A DNA stretch of 64,000 nucleotides from Squalus acanthias. Taxonomy: Eukaryota. The notes under the pieces were generated by a model. The model was given only the letters and a program-made list of their open reading frames with translations. It searched no databases and was not told the DNA's origin. Positions 38,887-52,026 of this stretch are shown piece by piece. A program made the position numbers and the translations under genes. Numbering within the stretch: position 1 is the first letter of the stretch; every line of letters starts with the position of its first letter. The stretch lies in assembly GCA_030390025.1 (NCBI GenBank), contig CM059432.1:122204001-122268000 (forward strand), written 5' to 3'.

Positions 38887-39480
38887 GGGCCAGATTTTGC
38901 TGGAGTGGGGAATCTCGCGGCATGCCCCGTTAGTTAGACTTGTTCGTGCATGTTTAGGTTTTAACATATTTCTGCCCACAAAGTTGCTGGAAGTGTGAGC
39001 TGATAACGGTGCGGCGAGGGCGTCAGGGCATCTGACCTTGGTGAACAATGGGTCAAACAGTGTATCACCTTAACCAATGAGATTAAAGGATTGAAAAATA
39101 AACAGATGAAGGACTGAGAAGGAGGGGAATTAAAGTGGGTGAATACAATGTCAACTCAAGTACAGAAAGGGAAAGAAAGATTGGATTAAGAGAGAGAAAA
39201 AAAGAGACAAAAGGAAAAGTAAGAAAAAAAATGTAAAATTAAAAATTTGACTTTTTAAAAATCTCCAACAACAATTCACAACCTGAAGGAATGAGACTCC
39301 ACACTTTTAATTGTTCACTTTCTGGCAGTAGAAGTTGAATGGCTGTCATTAACAATTATCACGTTGTCAAAAGGGTGATTACACTGTCAATTACTAGACT
39401 TAACTTTCTGTGGTGAGTTTAATGGGCAATCACTCTGCAGCAATTTCACAAGAATCGCGGGCGAGACGCAGTTTGTGCGA
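38887..39480. mobile_element. Probable left part of a MITE-like element, truncated at the CR1 insertion
   Basis: Begins GGGCCAGATTTTGC, resembling the GGGC-N-GATTTT TIRs of the other derivatives. No partner TIR found. Confidence 0.4.
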
Positions 39481-41070
39481 AACGGAGTGAAGCCGACAAA
39501 TCCCTTGGACCTGATGGCCTACATCATGGGTTTTAAAAGGGGTGGCGGCAGAGATAGTTGTGATCTTCAATAATTCCCTAGATTCAGGAAAGGTCCCAGC
39601 GATTGGAAGGAAACAAATGTAACCCAGCTATTCAAGAAAGGAGGAAGAGAGAAAACCGGGAAGTACAGACCAGTTAGCCTGACATCAGTCGTCAGGAAAA
39701 TGCTGGAATCCAATATTAAGGAAGTGGTAACAAGGTACTTGGAAAGTCATAATATGATTAGGCAGAGTCAACATGGTTTTATGAAAAGTAAATCGTGTTT
39801 GACAAATTTATTAGTGATTTTTGAGGATGTAACTAGCAGGGTAGATAAAGAGGAACCAGTGGATGTAGTATATTTGGATTTCCAAAAGGCATTCGATAAG
39901 GTACCATATAAAAGGTTGTTAAGCAAGATAAGGGCACATGGGGTTGGGGGTAATGTATTAACATGGATAAAGGATTGGTTAACGGGCAGAAAACAGAGAG
40001 TAGGGATAAATGGGTCATTTTCAGATTGGACGGCTATAACTAGTGGGGTGCCGCATGGATCAGTTCTTGGGCCTCAGCTATCTACAATTTATATTAATGA
40101 CTTAGATGAAGGGTCTGAGTGTAATGTATCCAAGTTTGCTGATGATACAAAGCTAGGTGGAAAAGTAAGATGTGAGGAGGACGCAAAGAGCCTGCAAAGG
40201 GTTATAGACAGGTTAAGTGCGTGGGCAAAAAGGTGGCAGATGGAGTATAATGTGGGGAAATGTGAGGTTATTCACTTTGGTAGGAAGAATAGAAAAACAG
40301 AATATTTTTTAAATGGTGAGAAACTATTAAATGTTGGTGTTCAGAGAGATTTGGGTGTCCTCGTACAAGAAACACAGAGAGTTAGCATGCAGGTACAGCA
40401 AGCAATTAGGAAGGCAAATGACATGTTGGCCTTTATTGCTAGAGGGTTGGAGTACAAGAGTAAGGGAGTCTTGCTACAATTGTACAGGGCTCTAGCGAGA
40501 CCACACCTGGAGTACTGTGCACAGTTTTGGTCTCCTTATTTAAGGAAGGATATACTTGCCTTAGAGGTGGTGCAAGAAAGGTTCATTAGCTTGATCCTTG
40601 CGATGAGAGGGTTGTCCTATGAGAAAAGATTGAGTAGATTGGGCCTATACTCTCTGGAGTTTAGAAGAATGAGAGGTGATCTCATTGAAACATATCAGAT
40701 TCTGAGGGGGCTTGACAAGGTAGATGCTGAGAGATTGTTTCCCCTGGCTGGAGAGTCTAGAACTAGGGGTCATAGTGTCAGGATAAGGGGCCAGCCTTTT
40801 AAGACTAAGAGGAGGAGAAATTTCTTCAATCAGAGGGTTGTGAATCTTTGGAATTCTCTGCCCCAAAGTGTTGTGGATGCTCAGTCGTTGAGTATATTCA
40901 AGGCTGAGATAGATTTTTGGACTCCAGAGGAATTAAGCGATATGGGGATAGGGCAAGAAAGTAGAGTTGCGGTTGAAGATCAGCCATGATCTTACTGAAT
41001 GGCGGAGCAGGCTCGAGGGGCCGTATGGCCTACTCCTGCTCCTCATTCTTATGTTCTTATGCTATGTTCT
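39481..41070 (+). mobile_element. 5'-truncated CR1 LINE (HER1-like)
   Basis: 429-aa ORF 39700-40989 with DFQKAFDKVP, GVPHGSVLGP, FADDTK and RPHLEYCAQFWSP; CR1 3' tail with a (TTCTTATG)n-like end. Confidence 0.93.
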
Positions 41071-41330
41071 TAAGTCGGGCAGCAACTTGTTGGTGATTCG
41101 CAGGAGTTAGTGGGGCAGAGACGGGCGATTTTACAGAGGTGGATGTAGGCAGTCTTGATGATGGAGAGGATATGGGGTCGGAAGCTCAGTTCAGGGTCAA
41201 ACAGGACGTCGAGGTTGTGAAGAATCTGATTCAACCTGAAACAGTGGCCAGGGAGGGGTTGGAATTGGTGGTAAGCGTACGGAGTTTGTGGCGGGGCTGA
41301 CGACGATGGCTCATTCATTTTCCTTCTGTC
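41071..41330 (-). repeat. L2 LINE fragment
   Basis: RLNQILHNLDVLFDPELSFRPHILSIIKTAYIHLCKIARL matches the L2 pieces at ~7460-7900. Confidence 0.75.
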
Positions 41331-41509
41331 CCATTGTCTCTTTTTTCTTTCCCTATTCCCCAGGCCACAGCACAGCTGCAATCAGTGTTGTCAGATTTCT
41401 AAGAAGTTTGTAGTCCAACAGTCATTTATAACCAACCGAAAGAAGCCGCGAAAAATCATTTTACTGATCAAAACAAAACGAAGAACCTAAATATCTGCTT
41501 TTTTTATTA

Positions 41510-44500
41510 CACAACTTAACGTAATACAATTGCAATCACATCATCTTGATTGCATAAGCAATTTGGAAATCCTTGCAAAATCTTATCCATCATAGCCTGG
41601 AAGATTTTGGGGGAGGACTTTACACCATACGGCAGCTTGATGTATGAGTACAGTCCCTTGTGTATGTTGATAGTGAGATACTGTTGACACCCTTTGTCAA
41701 CATTCAACTGAGCATAAACGGCGACAGGTCAAGCTTGGGGAAAATCTTTGACCCAGAGAGTGCTGCATACAAATCTTGCAATATAGGTAACGGGTACTGC
41801 TCATCGTCAACTGCTTGGTTGATAGTAATTTTGTAGTCACCGCACAAGCGCACAGTTTTGTCTGCTTTGGGCACTACCACAATCGGGGTAGTCCATTCAC
41901 TTTCATCAGTTTTTACTCACACTCCGGTCTCTCTCAGTTTCTCTAGCTCTTCCTCCACCTGACATTTCAACGCATAGGGGACCAGCCTTGCCCTACAATA
42001 GACAGGCTTCACGTTGGACTTGATGCGGATATGCGCGTCATACCCAGTGATGCCCTCATAACTGCCTGTGAACATGCTTTTATACTTGTTCAGCATTGTG
42101 TCGAGTCTCTTCTTTGAAGCATCTATACTGAAGATGTTTTTCCAGTCTAATTTTAACTTTCTCATACAGTCTTTGCCCATGAAGGTTGGCCTGTTGTTGT
42201 AGCTCGCTACAATAATAGGCAACTTTACTGACTGGCCATTATGCTGAACTGTACATTCCATTTGTCCACATGTCTCTAGGATTTCTCCGGAGTAGGTTTT
42301 TAACTCTGTGGTACTCTTTGTAAGTGGTATTTGATTAGACTTACTCTCAGATGTGATCTTATTCATGGTAGAGCAGTCCGCCGCTGTGTCAATATCAATA
42401 TGTATATCGGTCATTGATCAAAAGTTTTGTACGGATGTCTTTCTCACGACTGCTAGCATTGCCGCTAGTGGCATAGATACTGTAGATGTTGTAAAGTTTC
42501 GCAATTATCGCGATTCGAAATAACGAGAGAGAAGCAGATTCATTTGATCAGTTTTATTAAACGAAATGCTGTCATGATATAAAGGACACAGAAGCCTGTA
42601 AAATGGCCACCGCGCATCGTGGCAGAAGCTTCCAGAATTACAGTGGGCAGACAAGATGGCGTCGAATATACATTCGATATAAGATTGGATCATACTCGAT
42701 AAACACTGATAAAGACAGGATGCAACCTGTTTGCATTTTTGACAATAGCAAAGATATAAATGCTGGAATCATTTTCCTTGCACAAGTAAGGACCATTGAA
42801 CTGGGCAATCGAAGGCCCATCCAGACACATCAATACACAAATACCCCCACGGCTCTACAATGAGAGAGACATCGACGGGTGATTAAGTCAGTATTCGGGG
42901 GCCCCCAAAACCAGTCAGGGAGACGATTCATACACATCCTGGCTGGGTCAACAATGGGGAAAACATTAACGGGTAGTTGGCCAGTTTCAGGTGCTACCGA
43001 AACCCGTTAAAGAGAAGAACCGCCCCATGCTGGGAGTTTTGAGCGCCAACATTACACAAAAGACAAACATTAAGATTTGAGCGGGAGATAAGGGTACACA
43101 GCACTATAACTATGGTGAACAAATGTCCATCGGTCTCTTATTCGCTCGGATCGTCTCTTATTCTCTTAACTCACTGCCGACTGCTGAAGCTCTTCTTTAG
43201 GGCTGGACTCTGTTGACTCTTGACTTTTAGCCGTACGGGTCGGCTATTCGAATGTTGGGTGGAGCTCAATCGGAACGAGCCGTCTCGACAAGGGCAAGTA
43301 GCAGGGTGCACCATCCCGAGAGTCGGTAAACGGTGTCTGGACCCGAAGGCCCGAAAAGACAAGACGAAACGACAAGAAAAGAAGAAGAATCCACGTGCCC
43401 CCATGGTCAGTAAACCCCGACCGCGCCCGAAAATATAAATACAGAACTCATTCTTCTGAATTCTATAGGTTACTGCACGATCCGGTTTGGGTCCATCGAC
43501 TTCTTCATGACAACAGGGAGTCTGGCCTGCTTGTCGCAGCAGCGAAGATAAACAAGTGGGGTACAGAGACCCTTCCAAACACGTGACAGTCAGGCGCTGC
43601 AGCGAAACGAGCCGAGTGCCTCACTTTAAAATTCTCCGAAGTAACACGAGTAGTGAGCATGTTTCCCAATCCTACAAATCTAGACGTAGTGTAGGTATTA
43701 ATAAGGGAGGGTGGGTTTTATTAAGGATAAAGTATAATGTGTTCCCCTTTTTACGATGTGCCGTGCGTTCTTCATTACCATAGACCAAGCTTTATGAATG
43801 CATGTATACTTGTACTCTCGTTAATTTGCGCCTATGACATGTACTTCATGATTTTGGACGCTATGCAATAAAGATTTCCATTTTGTACTATTCAACCGGG
43901 TCTATTTGAGTTTTTCTCTGCATTACTGCTCCTGCACCTAAGTCCAGTGTTAGAACCGTAAGGGCGAGTGGGTCGAACCACTCACAGGTGCTTATTGCAA
44001 TAAGGCTGGCCGGAGACCAGAGCAAGCAATAGTATTAGGCAACGAAGGCCTAACCTCGCACCAGCACCGTCTGAGACACAGGCACGAAACCCTTACAATG
44101 TCTAGTTCTTCAACATCAGGTGTGTTCACTTCAATATTTTGAACTCTTCCCTTTTGTTGTCACTGCTTTGCATTGCCACTAGAATGGTTCTTACTTCCTG
44201 CTTTCGATCTAGCTCTGCAAACTTTTGAAATATGGCCTTGCTTCTGGCAGTGAAAATACTTCACATTTTTGTATTGGCAGGACTGTGGTGAGTGATTTCC
44301 ATTGCAGCGATAACAATTCACTGAACTGCTCTCACCGACATGCTTTTGACCAGTCTCACAGCTTTAGGTTTGGCGGTAGCTTTGTGACTGTAGACCTCAG
44401 TTGCACTAGTCACTTGAGTTGGACGGAGCTCCCTAGCATTCTTAGACGCCATCTTCATAGATAGGGCAATTTTGCATGCTATGTCAAACGTTAGGTTCGG

Positions 44501-45374
44501 AGTGTTCAGTAACTTGGACTGTGTGCGCTCATCCACCGGTCCACACACAAACCTATCTTGCAACGCACGATCCAAAAATGTGCCGAAGTTACAATGCAAA
44601 GACAAGTTCTTAAGAACTACAATGTACTCACTGATGGTTTCACTTTGTTTTTGTTCTGGTACCAGACTTATAGCTCTCTGCTATTTCTAATGGCTTTGGG
44701 TTGAAATGGTCCTCGAGTTTCTCGACAATGTCTTCAAACGATGCATCCTTCACTTTCCCTGGCGCGAGTAGGTTTGTCAACATTCCGTAGACATCTGGCC
44801 CGATCTCTGTTAGAAAAATTGCTTTCTTATTTTCACGAATTACTTTATTTTGAGCTTGAACATTCTCATCTGTACCTTCGGTCTCAATAATGTTATTGGC
44901 CTTAAAAAACATCTTCATCCGCTCAATATAAGAACTGAATAGTTCGCGAGCTCGGTCATACATGCCGAGGTTTCCGATGAATCTCATAGGTGTGGCCATG
45001 ATTGTCCCGATCCCGTCGAACAGTGACTCAGCACGTTCCCTATGTACCTTAAACTTTTCCACACAAAGGTTGAACACTGTGTCTTTCCATGATCCCTAAA
45101 AATGGCTTTGGGATCCTATTCTCGTCGTCAAAAATGTAATATATGTGGGCAGAACAAATGAAGGACAGAGACACCAGTTGCTAGTTCATGTGCTTGCTTT
45201 ACTAGGCCAGAGCGAACTGAGCATGCTCATACCAAACCATGTGATAATACATTACAACATCCAGCTGCCAGACACATCACTTACTCCTTCCATCAGGCAA
45301 GCAAGAAGAGGAACACCAATGTCACCAAGGGTAAGCAGCAGAGTACAAAACACCAAGCACGGATACACACATCA
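41510..45374 (-). mobile_element. Decayed Gypsy LTR retrotransposon (Mag-like): 5' LTR, gag, protease and partial RT; interrupted by a solo LTR
   Basis: LTR ~45135-45374 ending ...ATTACA, followed by PBS-like TTGACGACGAG. gag ORF 44640-45077 (FSSYIERMKMFFKAN...LEDHFNPKP). Tandem zinc-knuckle remnants at ~44215-44315. Protease IDTAADCS. RT SEWTTPIVVVPK..VRLCGDYK, KLPYGVKSSPKIFQ, QDDV. No integrase or 3' LTR seen. Confidence 0.88.
42490..44097 (+). mobile_element. Solo LTR (~1.61 kb), diverged relative of 23357-24983
   Basis: TGTAA...TTACA termini. TSD ATGT (42486-42489, 44098-44101). TATAAC at 43105 and AATAAA at 43867. Colinear conserved blocks shared with the first copy. Confidence 0.88.
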
Positions 45375-46039
45375 CTTATAGGGAAATAAATTGGTTGCGC
45401 TTTATTTGAAGTTTATTCAGTGAGTATTCTTCTGCTGGTGCAGAATACGGTAAAGATTGGGCACCTATGGTAGCTGAGGTATTACAGAGGACAATGTTGG
45501 TGCCGGTGTATAGAGCCACTGCACAGTGTAAATGTGGACTGGAGGGTTAGTTAAATGAGCAACTCAGCCATTTGGGTGAAGTCCTCCTCTGTGAGATTGC
45601 TGTGCACTACTCTTCCTATCTGCAAAGGAGTGGTAACATCCTCTTGTTATTTTCAGTGTTCTGCTCTGGTCTTGGCTGTGAATGGGCCTTGTGCTCAACC
45701 TCCTTCATATTCAGTGCATGGCAAAGTTGCGCAGCGTGCAGCAAACAACTATGATCTTCAAGAATTTGGTGGAGTTGTACTGCAAAACGACTGCTGATCT
45801 GTCCAGGGATCTAAAACATTGCCTCAAGATATCAATAGTCTGTTCTATGAATACCTTGATAGCCGCACGGGCTTTGTTGCATCAGTGCTCATTTTCTGAC
45901 TGTGGTTATTATGAGCATATCATTAGCCAGGGCTATAGAAAGTAGTCTTGCTCTCTTGGGAGCCATCCTTCCAGTCTGCCTTCTCCTTTAAATAAACCAG
46001 GAACAGAGGATTGCCTAAAAATAACTTAAAAATTGACTG

Positions 46040-46510
46040 CTATCTTGGAAGTGGGCATCAACCTGCATGATCCAGGACAGTGATCAGGTGGAACCACTTT
46101 GCAGTTTATGAACACCATGATATTGTGTCCAGGGGCCTGGATGACCACATAGGTGCCATCAATAACCCAATGGGGTTTAGGGAATCCTGCAACACAATAG
46201 AATAGCACTGCTCTCTCATTCTGCTGTTCCTCTTCGATGATGCATCTGTGTACTGCAGAATGGTAACCTGGAAGAACCCAGAAGCATAGATGTTCTTGGC
46301 AGCCATGACATTGACTGCCACTGGCAGTGCCATCCCTACAGTAGAGGTTGTTCACAGATTAACTTGCAGCAGATGCCTCCCTTCCTCATTACTGCCACTC
46401 TGGTAAACCTAAGCCTGCTGTCTTTGAACAGCTCCCAAGTAACTGTGCCTGGATCTACAGACAAGGCTCTCAGGATCAGAGCAGGTGTGAGCAGTCCTCC
46501 CTGGTATCCC
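46040..46510 (-). pseudogene. Harbinger transposase remnant
   Basis: ALPVAVNVMAAKNIYASGFFQ and VAGFPKPHWVIDGTYVVIQAP...FINCK align with the intact transposase. Confidence 0.75.
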
Positions 46511-46587
46511 TTCTTTCATGATCTTTTCTCACCTACAAAAAGCTCAGTGAGAGATAAGCACTCAGTGCTGTATCCATTTTCTGCGGT

Positions 46588-49173
46588 TCTTTTTTATTTG
46601 TTTATGGGATGTGGGCATCGCTGGCAAGGCCAGAATTTATTGCCCATCCCTAATTGCCCTTGAGAAGGTGGTGGTGAGCCGCCTTCCTGAACCGCTGCAG
46701 CCTGTGTGGTGAAGGTCCTCCCACAGTGCTGTTAGGGAGGGAGTTCCAGGATTTTGACCCAGCGACGATGAAGGATCGGCGATATACTTCCAAGTCAGGA
46801 TGGTGAGTGACTTGGAGGGGAACTTGGAGATGGTGGTGTTCCCATGCACCTGCTGCCCTTGTCCTTCTAGGCGGAAGAGGTTGCGGGTTTGGGAGGTGCT
46901 GCCGAAGAAGCCTTGGCGAGTTGCTGCAGTGTATCTTGTAGATGGTACACACTGCAGCCACGGTACGCCGGTGGTGGAGGGAGTGAATGTTTAAGATGGT
47001 GGATGGGTTGCTAATCAAGAGGGCCGCTTTGTCCTGGATGGTGTCGAGCTTCTTGAGTGTTGTTAGAGCTGCACTCATCCAGGCAAGTGGAGAGTATTCC
47101 ATCACACTACTTACTTGTGCCTTGTAGATGGTGGAAAGGCTTTGGGGAGTCAGGAGGTGAGACACTCGCCGCAAAATACCTAGCCTCTGACCTGCTCTTG
47201 TTGCCACAGTATTTATGTGGCTGGTCCAGTTAAGTTTATGGTCAATGCTGATCCCCAGGATGTTGATGGTGGAGGATTCGGCGATGGTAATGCCGTTGAA
47301 TGTCAAGGGGCAGTGGTTAGACGCTCGCTTGTTGGAGATAGTCATTGCCTGGCACTTCTGTGGCGCAAATGTTACCTGCCACTTATCAGCCCAAGCCTGA
47401 ACGTCATCCAGGTCTTCTTGCATGTGGGCATGGACTGCTTCATTATCTGAGGAGTTGTGAATGGCACTGAACACTGTGCAGTCATCAGCGAACATCCCTA
47501 TTTCTGAACTTCTGTTGGAGGGAAGGTCATTGATGAAGCAGCTGAAGATGGTTGGGCCTAGGACACTGCCCTGAGGAACTCCTGCAGCGATGTCCTGGGG
47601 TTGTGATGATTGATCTTCAACCACCACATCCATCTTCCTTTGTGCTAGGTATGACTCCAGCCAGTGGAGAGTTTTCCCCCCGAATCCCATTGACTTCAGT
47701 TTTACTAGGGCTCCTTGATGCCACACTTGTTTAAATGCTGCCTTGATGTCAAGGGCAGTCACTCTCACTTCGCCTCTGGAATTCAGCTCCTTTGTCCATG
47801 TTTGGACCAAGGCTGTAATTAGGTCAGGAGCCGAGTGGTCTTGGCGGAACCCAAACTGGGCATCAGTGAGCAGGTTATTGGTGAGTAAGTGCCGTTGATA
47901 GCACTGTCGATGACACCTTCCATCACTTTGCTGATGATTGAGATTAGACTGATGGGGCAGTAATTGTCCAGATTGGATTTGTCTTGCTTTTTGTGGACAG
48001 GACATACCTGGGCAGTTTTCCACATTGTCAGATAGATGCCAGTATTGTAGCTGTACTGGAACAGCTTGGCTAGAGGCGCAGCTAGTTCTGGAGCACAAGT
48101 CTTCAGCACGATAGCCAGGATGTTGTTGGGGCCCATAGCCTTTGCTGTATCCAGTGCGCTCAGCCGTTTCTTGATATCACATGGAGTGAATCGAAATGGC
48201 TGAAAACTGGCTTCTGTGGTGGTGGAGACCTCACGAGGAGGCCGATATGGATCATCTACTTGGTACTTCTGGCTGAAGATGGTTGCAAACGCTTCAGCCT
48301 TGTCTTTTGCACTCACATGCTGGGCTCCACCATCATTGAGGATGGAGATATCCATGGAGTCTCCTATTCCCATTAGTTGTTTAATGGTCCACCACCATTC
48401 ACGACTGGATGTGGCAGGACTGCAGAGCTTTGATCTGATCCGTTGATTGTGGGATCACTTAACCCTGTCTATAGCATGCTGCTTCCGCTTTTTAGCATGC
48501 ATGTAGTCCTGTGTTGCAGCTTCCCCAGATTGGCACCTCATTTTTAGCTACACCTGGTGCTGCTCCTGGCATGCTCTTCTACACTCCTCATTGAACCCCG
48601 GGCTTGATGGTAATGGTAGAATGAGGGATATGCCGGGCCATGAGGTTACAGATTGTGATGGAATATAATTCTGCTGCTGCTGATGGCCCACAGCGCCTCA
48701 TGGATGCCCAGTTTTGAGCTGCTAGATCTGTTCTGAATGTATCCCATTTAGCACAGAGGTAATGTCACACAACACGATGAAAGGTGTCCTCAGTATGAAG
48801 ACGGGACTTCATCTCCACAATGACTGTGTGGTGGTCACTGCTACCAATACTTTCATGGACAGATGCATCTGCGACAGGTAGATTGGTGAGGATGAGTTCA
48901 AGTAGGTTTTTCCCTCGTGTTGGTTCTCTCACTACTTGTCGCAGACCCAGACTGGCAGCTATGTCCTTCAGGACTTGGCCATCTCGGTCAGTAGTGGTGC
49001 TACCGAGCCACTCTTGGTGATGAACAAGTCCCCCACCCAGAGGAGTGCACTTGCTACTCTCAGTGCTTCTTCCAAGTGGTGTTCAACATGGAGGAGTAAT
49101 GATTCATCAGCTGAGGGAGGGCGGTAGGTGGTAATCAGCAGGATGTTTCCTTGCCCATGCTTGACCTGAAGCC
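46588..49173 (-). mobile_element. 5'-truncated family B LINE
   Basis: ORF 46650-48098 with LDIKAAF, GVPQGSVLGP and FADDCT; same 3' end as the 10676-13222 copy. Confidence 0.92.
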
Positions 49174-52026
49174 CCTGAGATTAGAAATGACGCGAGGATA
49201 TATTAACATCTAATTTTCATTAGAAAGTAGGGGGCAGATTGTCCTCTTTTGCACGTGGGCATTAATAAACTGAATTTAAATTCCCCAGCTGCCGTGGTGG
49301 GATTTTAACTCACGTCTCTGGATCATTAGTCCAGGCCTCTGGATTACTAGCCGAGTGAAATTACCACTGTGCTACCATTCCCGTTAGGTTGCAGCAATGT
49401 ACATTTCAGCAATTCTTTCTTAAAATATACTCCCTGAAGGGTCCAAATGCCACTGGTCTTTAATGCTCATTATATAGAGTGATTATTATATAAATTATAT
49501 AAACACATTGCAGATCCTGATGTACAGAATTTCAAATGACGCGAGGATATATTAACATCTAATTTTCATTAGAAAGTAAGGGGCAGATTCTCCTCTTTTG
49601 CACGTGGGCATTAATAAATTGCCTGGATGAAGTAGGTAGAGGAAAATCAGACAGGCTCCATTGTGGGCATGCGATACTCCATGCCTAACATTCCTAAATG
49701 TTCTCCATCCAGGTGATTATTTAATGCACAAAAGAGGAAACTCGGCAGGTATGCAACCATGGTAGGCACCAAAGCCAAGCCCAATCCTGCACACTTTCAG
49801 TAGCGGGAATCACTCGATACAGATCAGGAGCAGAAATAACGGCCGATATTCTCTTTTCCAATATAGAGTGCCAAAGCCAATTCGAGCACCCTAACACCAC
49901 CTCGGCTGAGATCAACTAACTGAGGACCTTCTGAGTTTGCATGGCTCTGCTATGGGGCCTTTTAATTCCTCTCGTGAATACTAGTCATTTCACACACCAG
50001 ATACTGGAAGAAGACACCCCCCATTGCACAATAATAAAAAAACATTGCAATTATATCAACTTAGTGACCAAGGAATTGGTCATAGTAGCAAACATGTTTC
50101 AATGCTCCACACTCTGGTTTAAGAGTCCAATTGCGCTTTTTGATATCAAGGGCAATGTTAGAACATTGGAAGATTTTCTACTTACTGCCTCAATTGATGA
50201 AAAACACATAGAGTAAAATTTTCATGCAAAGTGTTGGTTGGGTGTTGGCTTAGTGCCATGATGAAGAATGCATTGGGAATGTATTAGCAAGTTACTCAAG
50301 TAACCCAGGTATTAAGACCTCCTTTCATGATGCATTCCGCCTGGCCCAAATTAATTTGGAAAACACCAAAGGTTCTATCCATAGACCTACTAATCATAGA
50401 AGCAATTCATCATAGTGGTGGCCAGCCACTGTGAAGGCCTCAGACAGTGATCCTGACAGTCAGGTACCAAGGGTATTCCTTCTGAAGCGTCGAATTGGCA
50501 GCCATGCAAAAGCTGGACATTTATGACAAACAACTTTCCCATTTTGAGAAATGTCTCTGGCACTTGATAACATTTCTAAGCAGCTCACATCTTTTGTTTC
50601 CTCAGTTTGTTTGTTAGTTGCAGGCTTAAAGCAGGCAAGGGGTAAAGCAAACTTGCAAACTACAGAATTACTATTACTGGTGTCACAAACCTCTCTAACG
50701 CTGATTTATTATGTGGCATTGTTCATGCAAAGCGATGTTACAAGAAAAGAAATCAATAGTTTCTGCAGATTAGGAAGTCAAAACACCTTACAGATTAGGA
50801 ACAAATAAATATTTGTTTGCATTCAGCTTTCAGTGCACTGTGGCACACCTACAGAAGGTTACTTTGGTAATATTGAATAGGTTGTTTCAGATGATTTAAA
50901 AAAATATAATTATATTTTGGCCATGATGGTATCAATTATAAGTAAAAGGAGGGCGTCACCCTCAGAACTAGTGGCTAGTTGCCATCACGTCATATTTTGT
51001 TCACATTACTGTCGTGAGTGCACCTTGAATGTTATAATACATAGGAATTAATTTAACTTTCACTCAAAGCTGTGGCTTGTTCACACTATGAGCTAAAGAC
51101 AAGGTCCTTCCTGGCAAGCCATCTCAAATTTCAATCAACTGACCTGTGCAGTTTACACTGAGGCATCAGTTTGCCCCCCTGAGGGAAAATCACTGACACA
51201 GTAGTTTCAGGGGTATTTGGTTCTGTCTTTGAACTGTGTGAACATTTACACTGCCAAGTATAACAGACTGCTGCTGAGAGGCTGCAAACCCAAGATGTAG
51301 GGCTGGGAATTGTTTGCTCTACATCAGCTGCACATTCCTCAGTACTGCTGCATTTATACAACAGATTTGAAATAAAAGCATCTGTTGGTTTGCTATTGCA
51401 ATATACACAGGCTTAAACTGTTTCTCACTGATTCCACATTTTGTTGGCAGTAAAATGGTATTGGAAACAAGGAGTGTTTAGCATTTATAAAAACTGAAAC
51501 TCTTCTAATGAATCCCATATATTATGGCAGAATTCTGACAGCATTAGGACAAAGTAATATCAGTGCTAATAATATTATCTGTGTCGTTAATCTTATTTGA
51601 AATTTATTTTTCTTGCCTCTTTTAGCTTCTCCACTTCCATGTGCCTCATATAATTTCCCAGCTCAGAACAGGTACATTATTTGGTTTCCAGCCCAAAAGG
51701 ACAAGTGCATTACTCTACATACGTGAGAAGACAAGTGTGTCACTCTGTTTCCAGGCTGTTGCTGATGTCAGTCCATAACCAACAAAGTACCAACCAAATT
51801 GGAGCCACACAGTACTGACCTGGCCGAACCCATCTTCTCACTGCACCTCACCTCCTGCGGAAAAGACACTTTGCCTCCAGTTGGCTAAGAGCACTAGCTT
51901 AGCAATGTGCTCTGCACTTCATTCTTATTTTCCATCACAGTATGTGACATCAAGCGGTGTAATGCTATATTGTTTGATGTGCACAGGTATTTTGCCCATA
52001 TGTAAATGAGCCGTTTGTTGCATAAT

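Noticed and set aside
43171..43578. ORFs inside the solo LTRs (also 23448-23855) as accessory genes
   Set aside because: The frames are not conserved between the two LTR copies and have no recognisable motifs.
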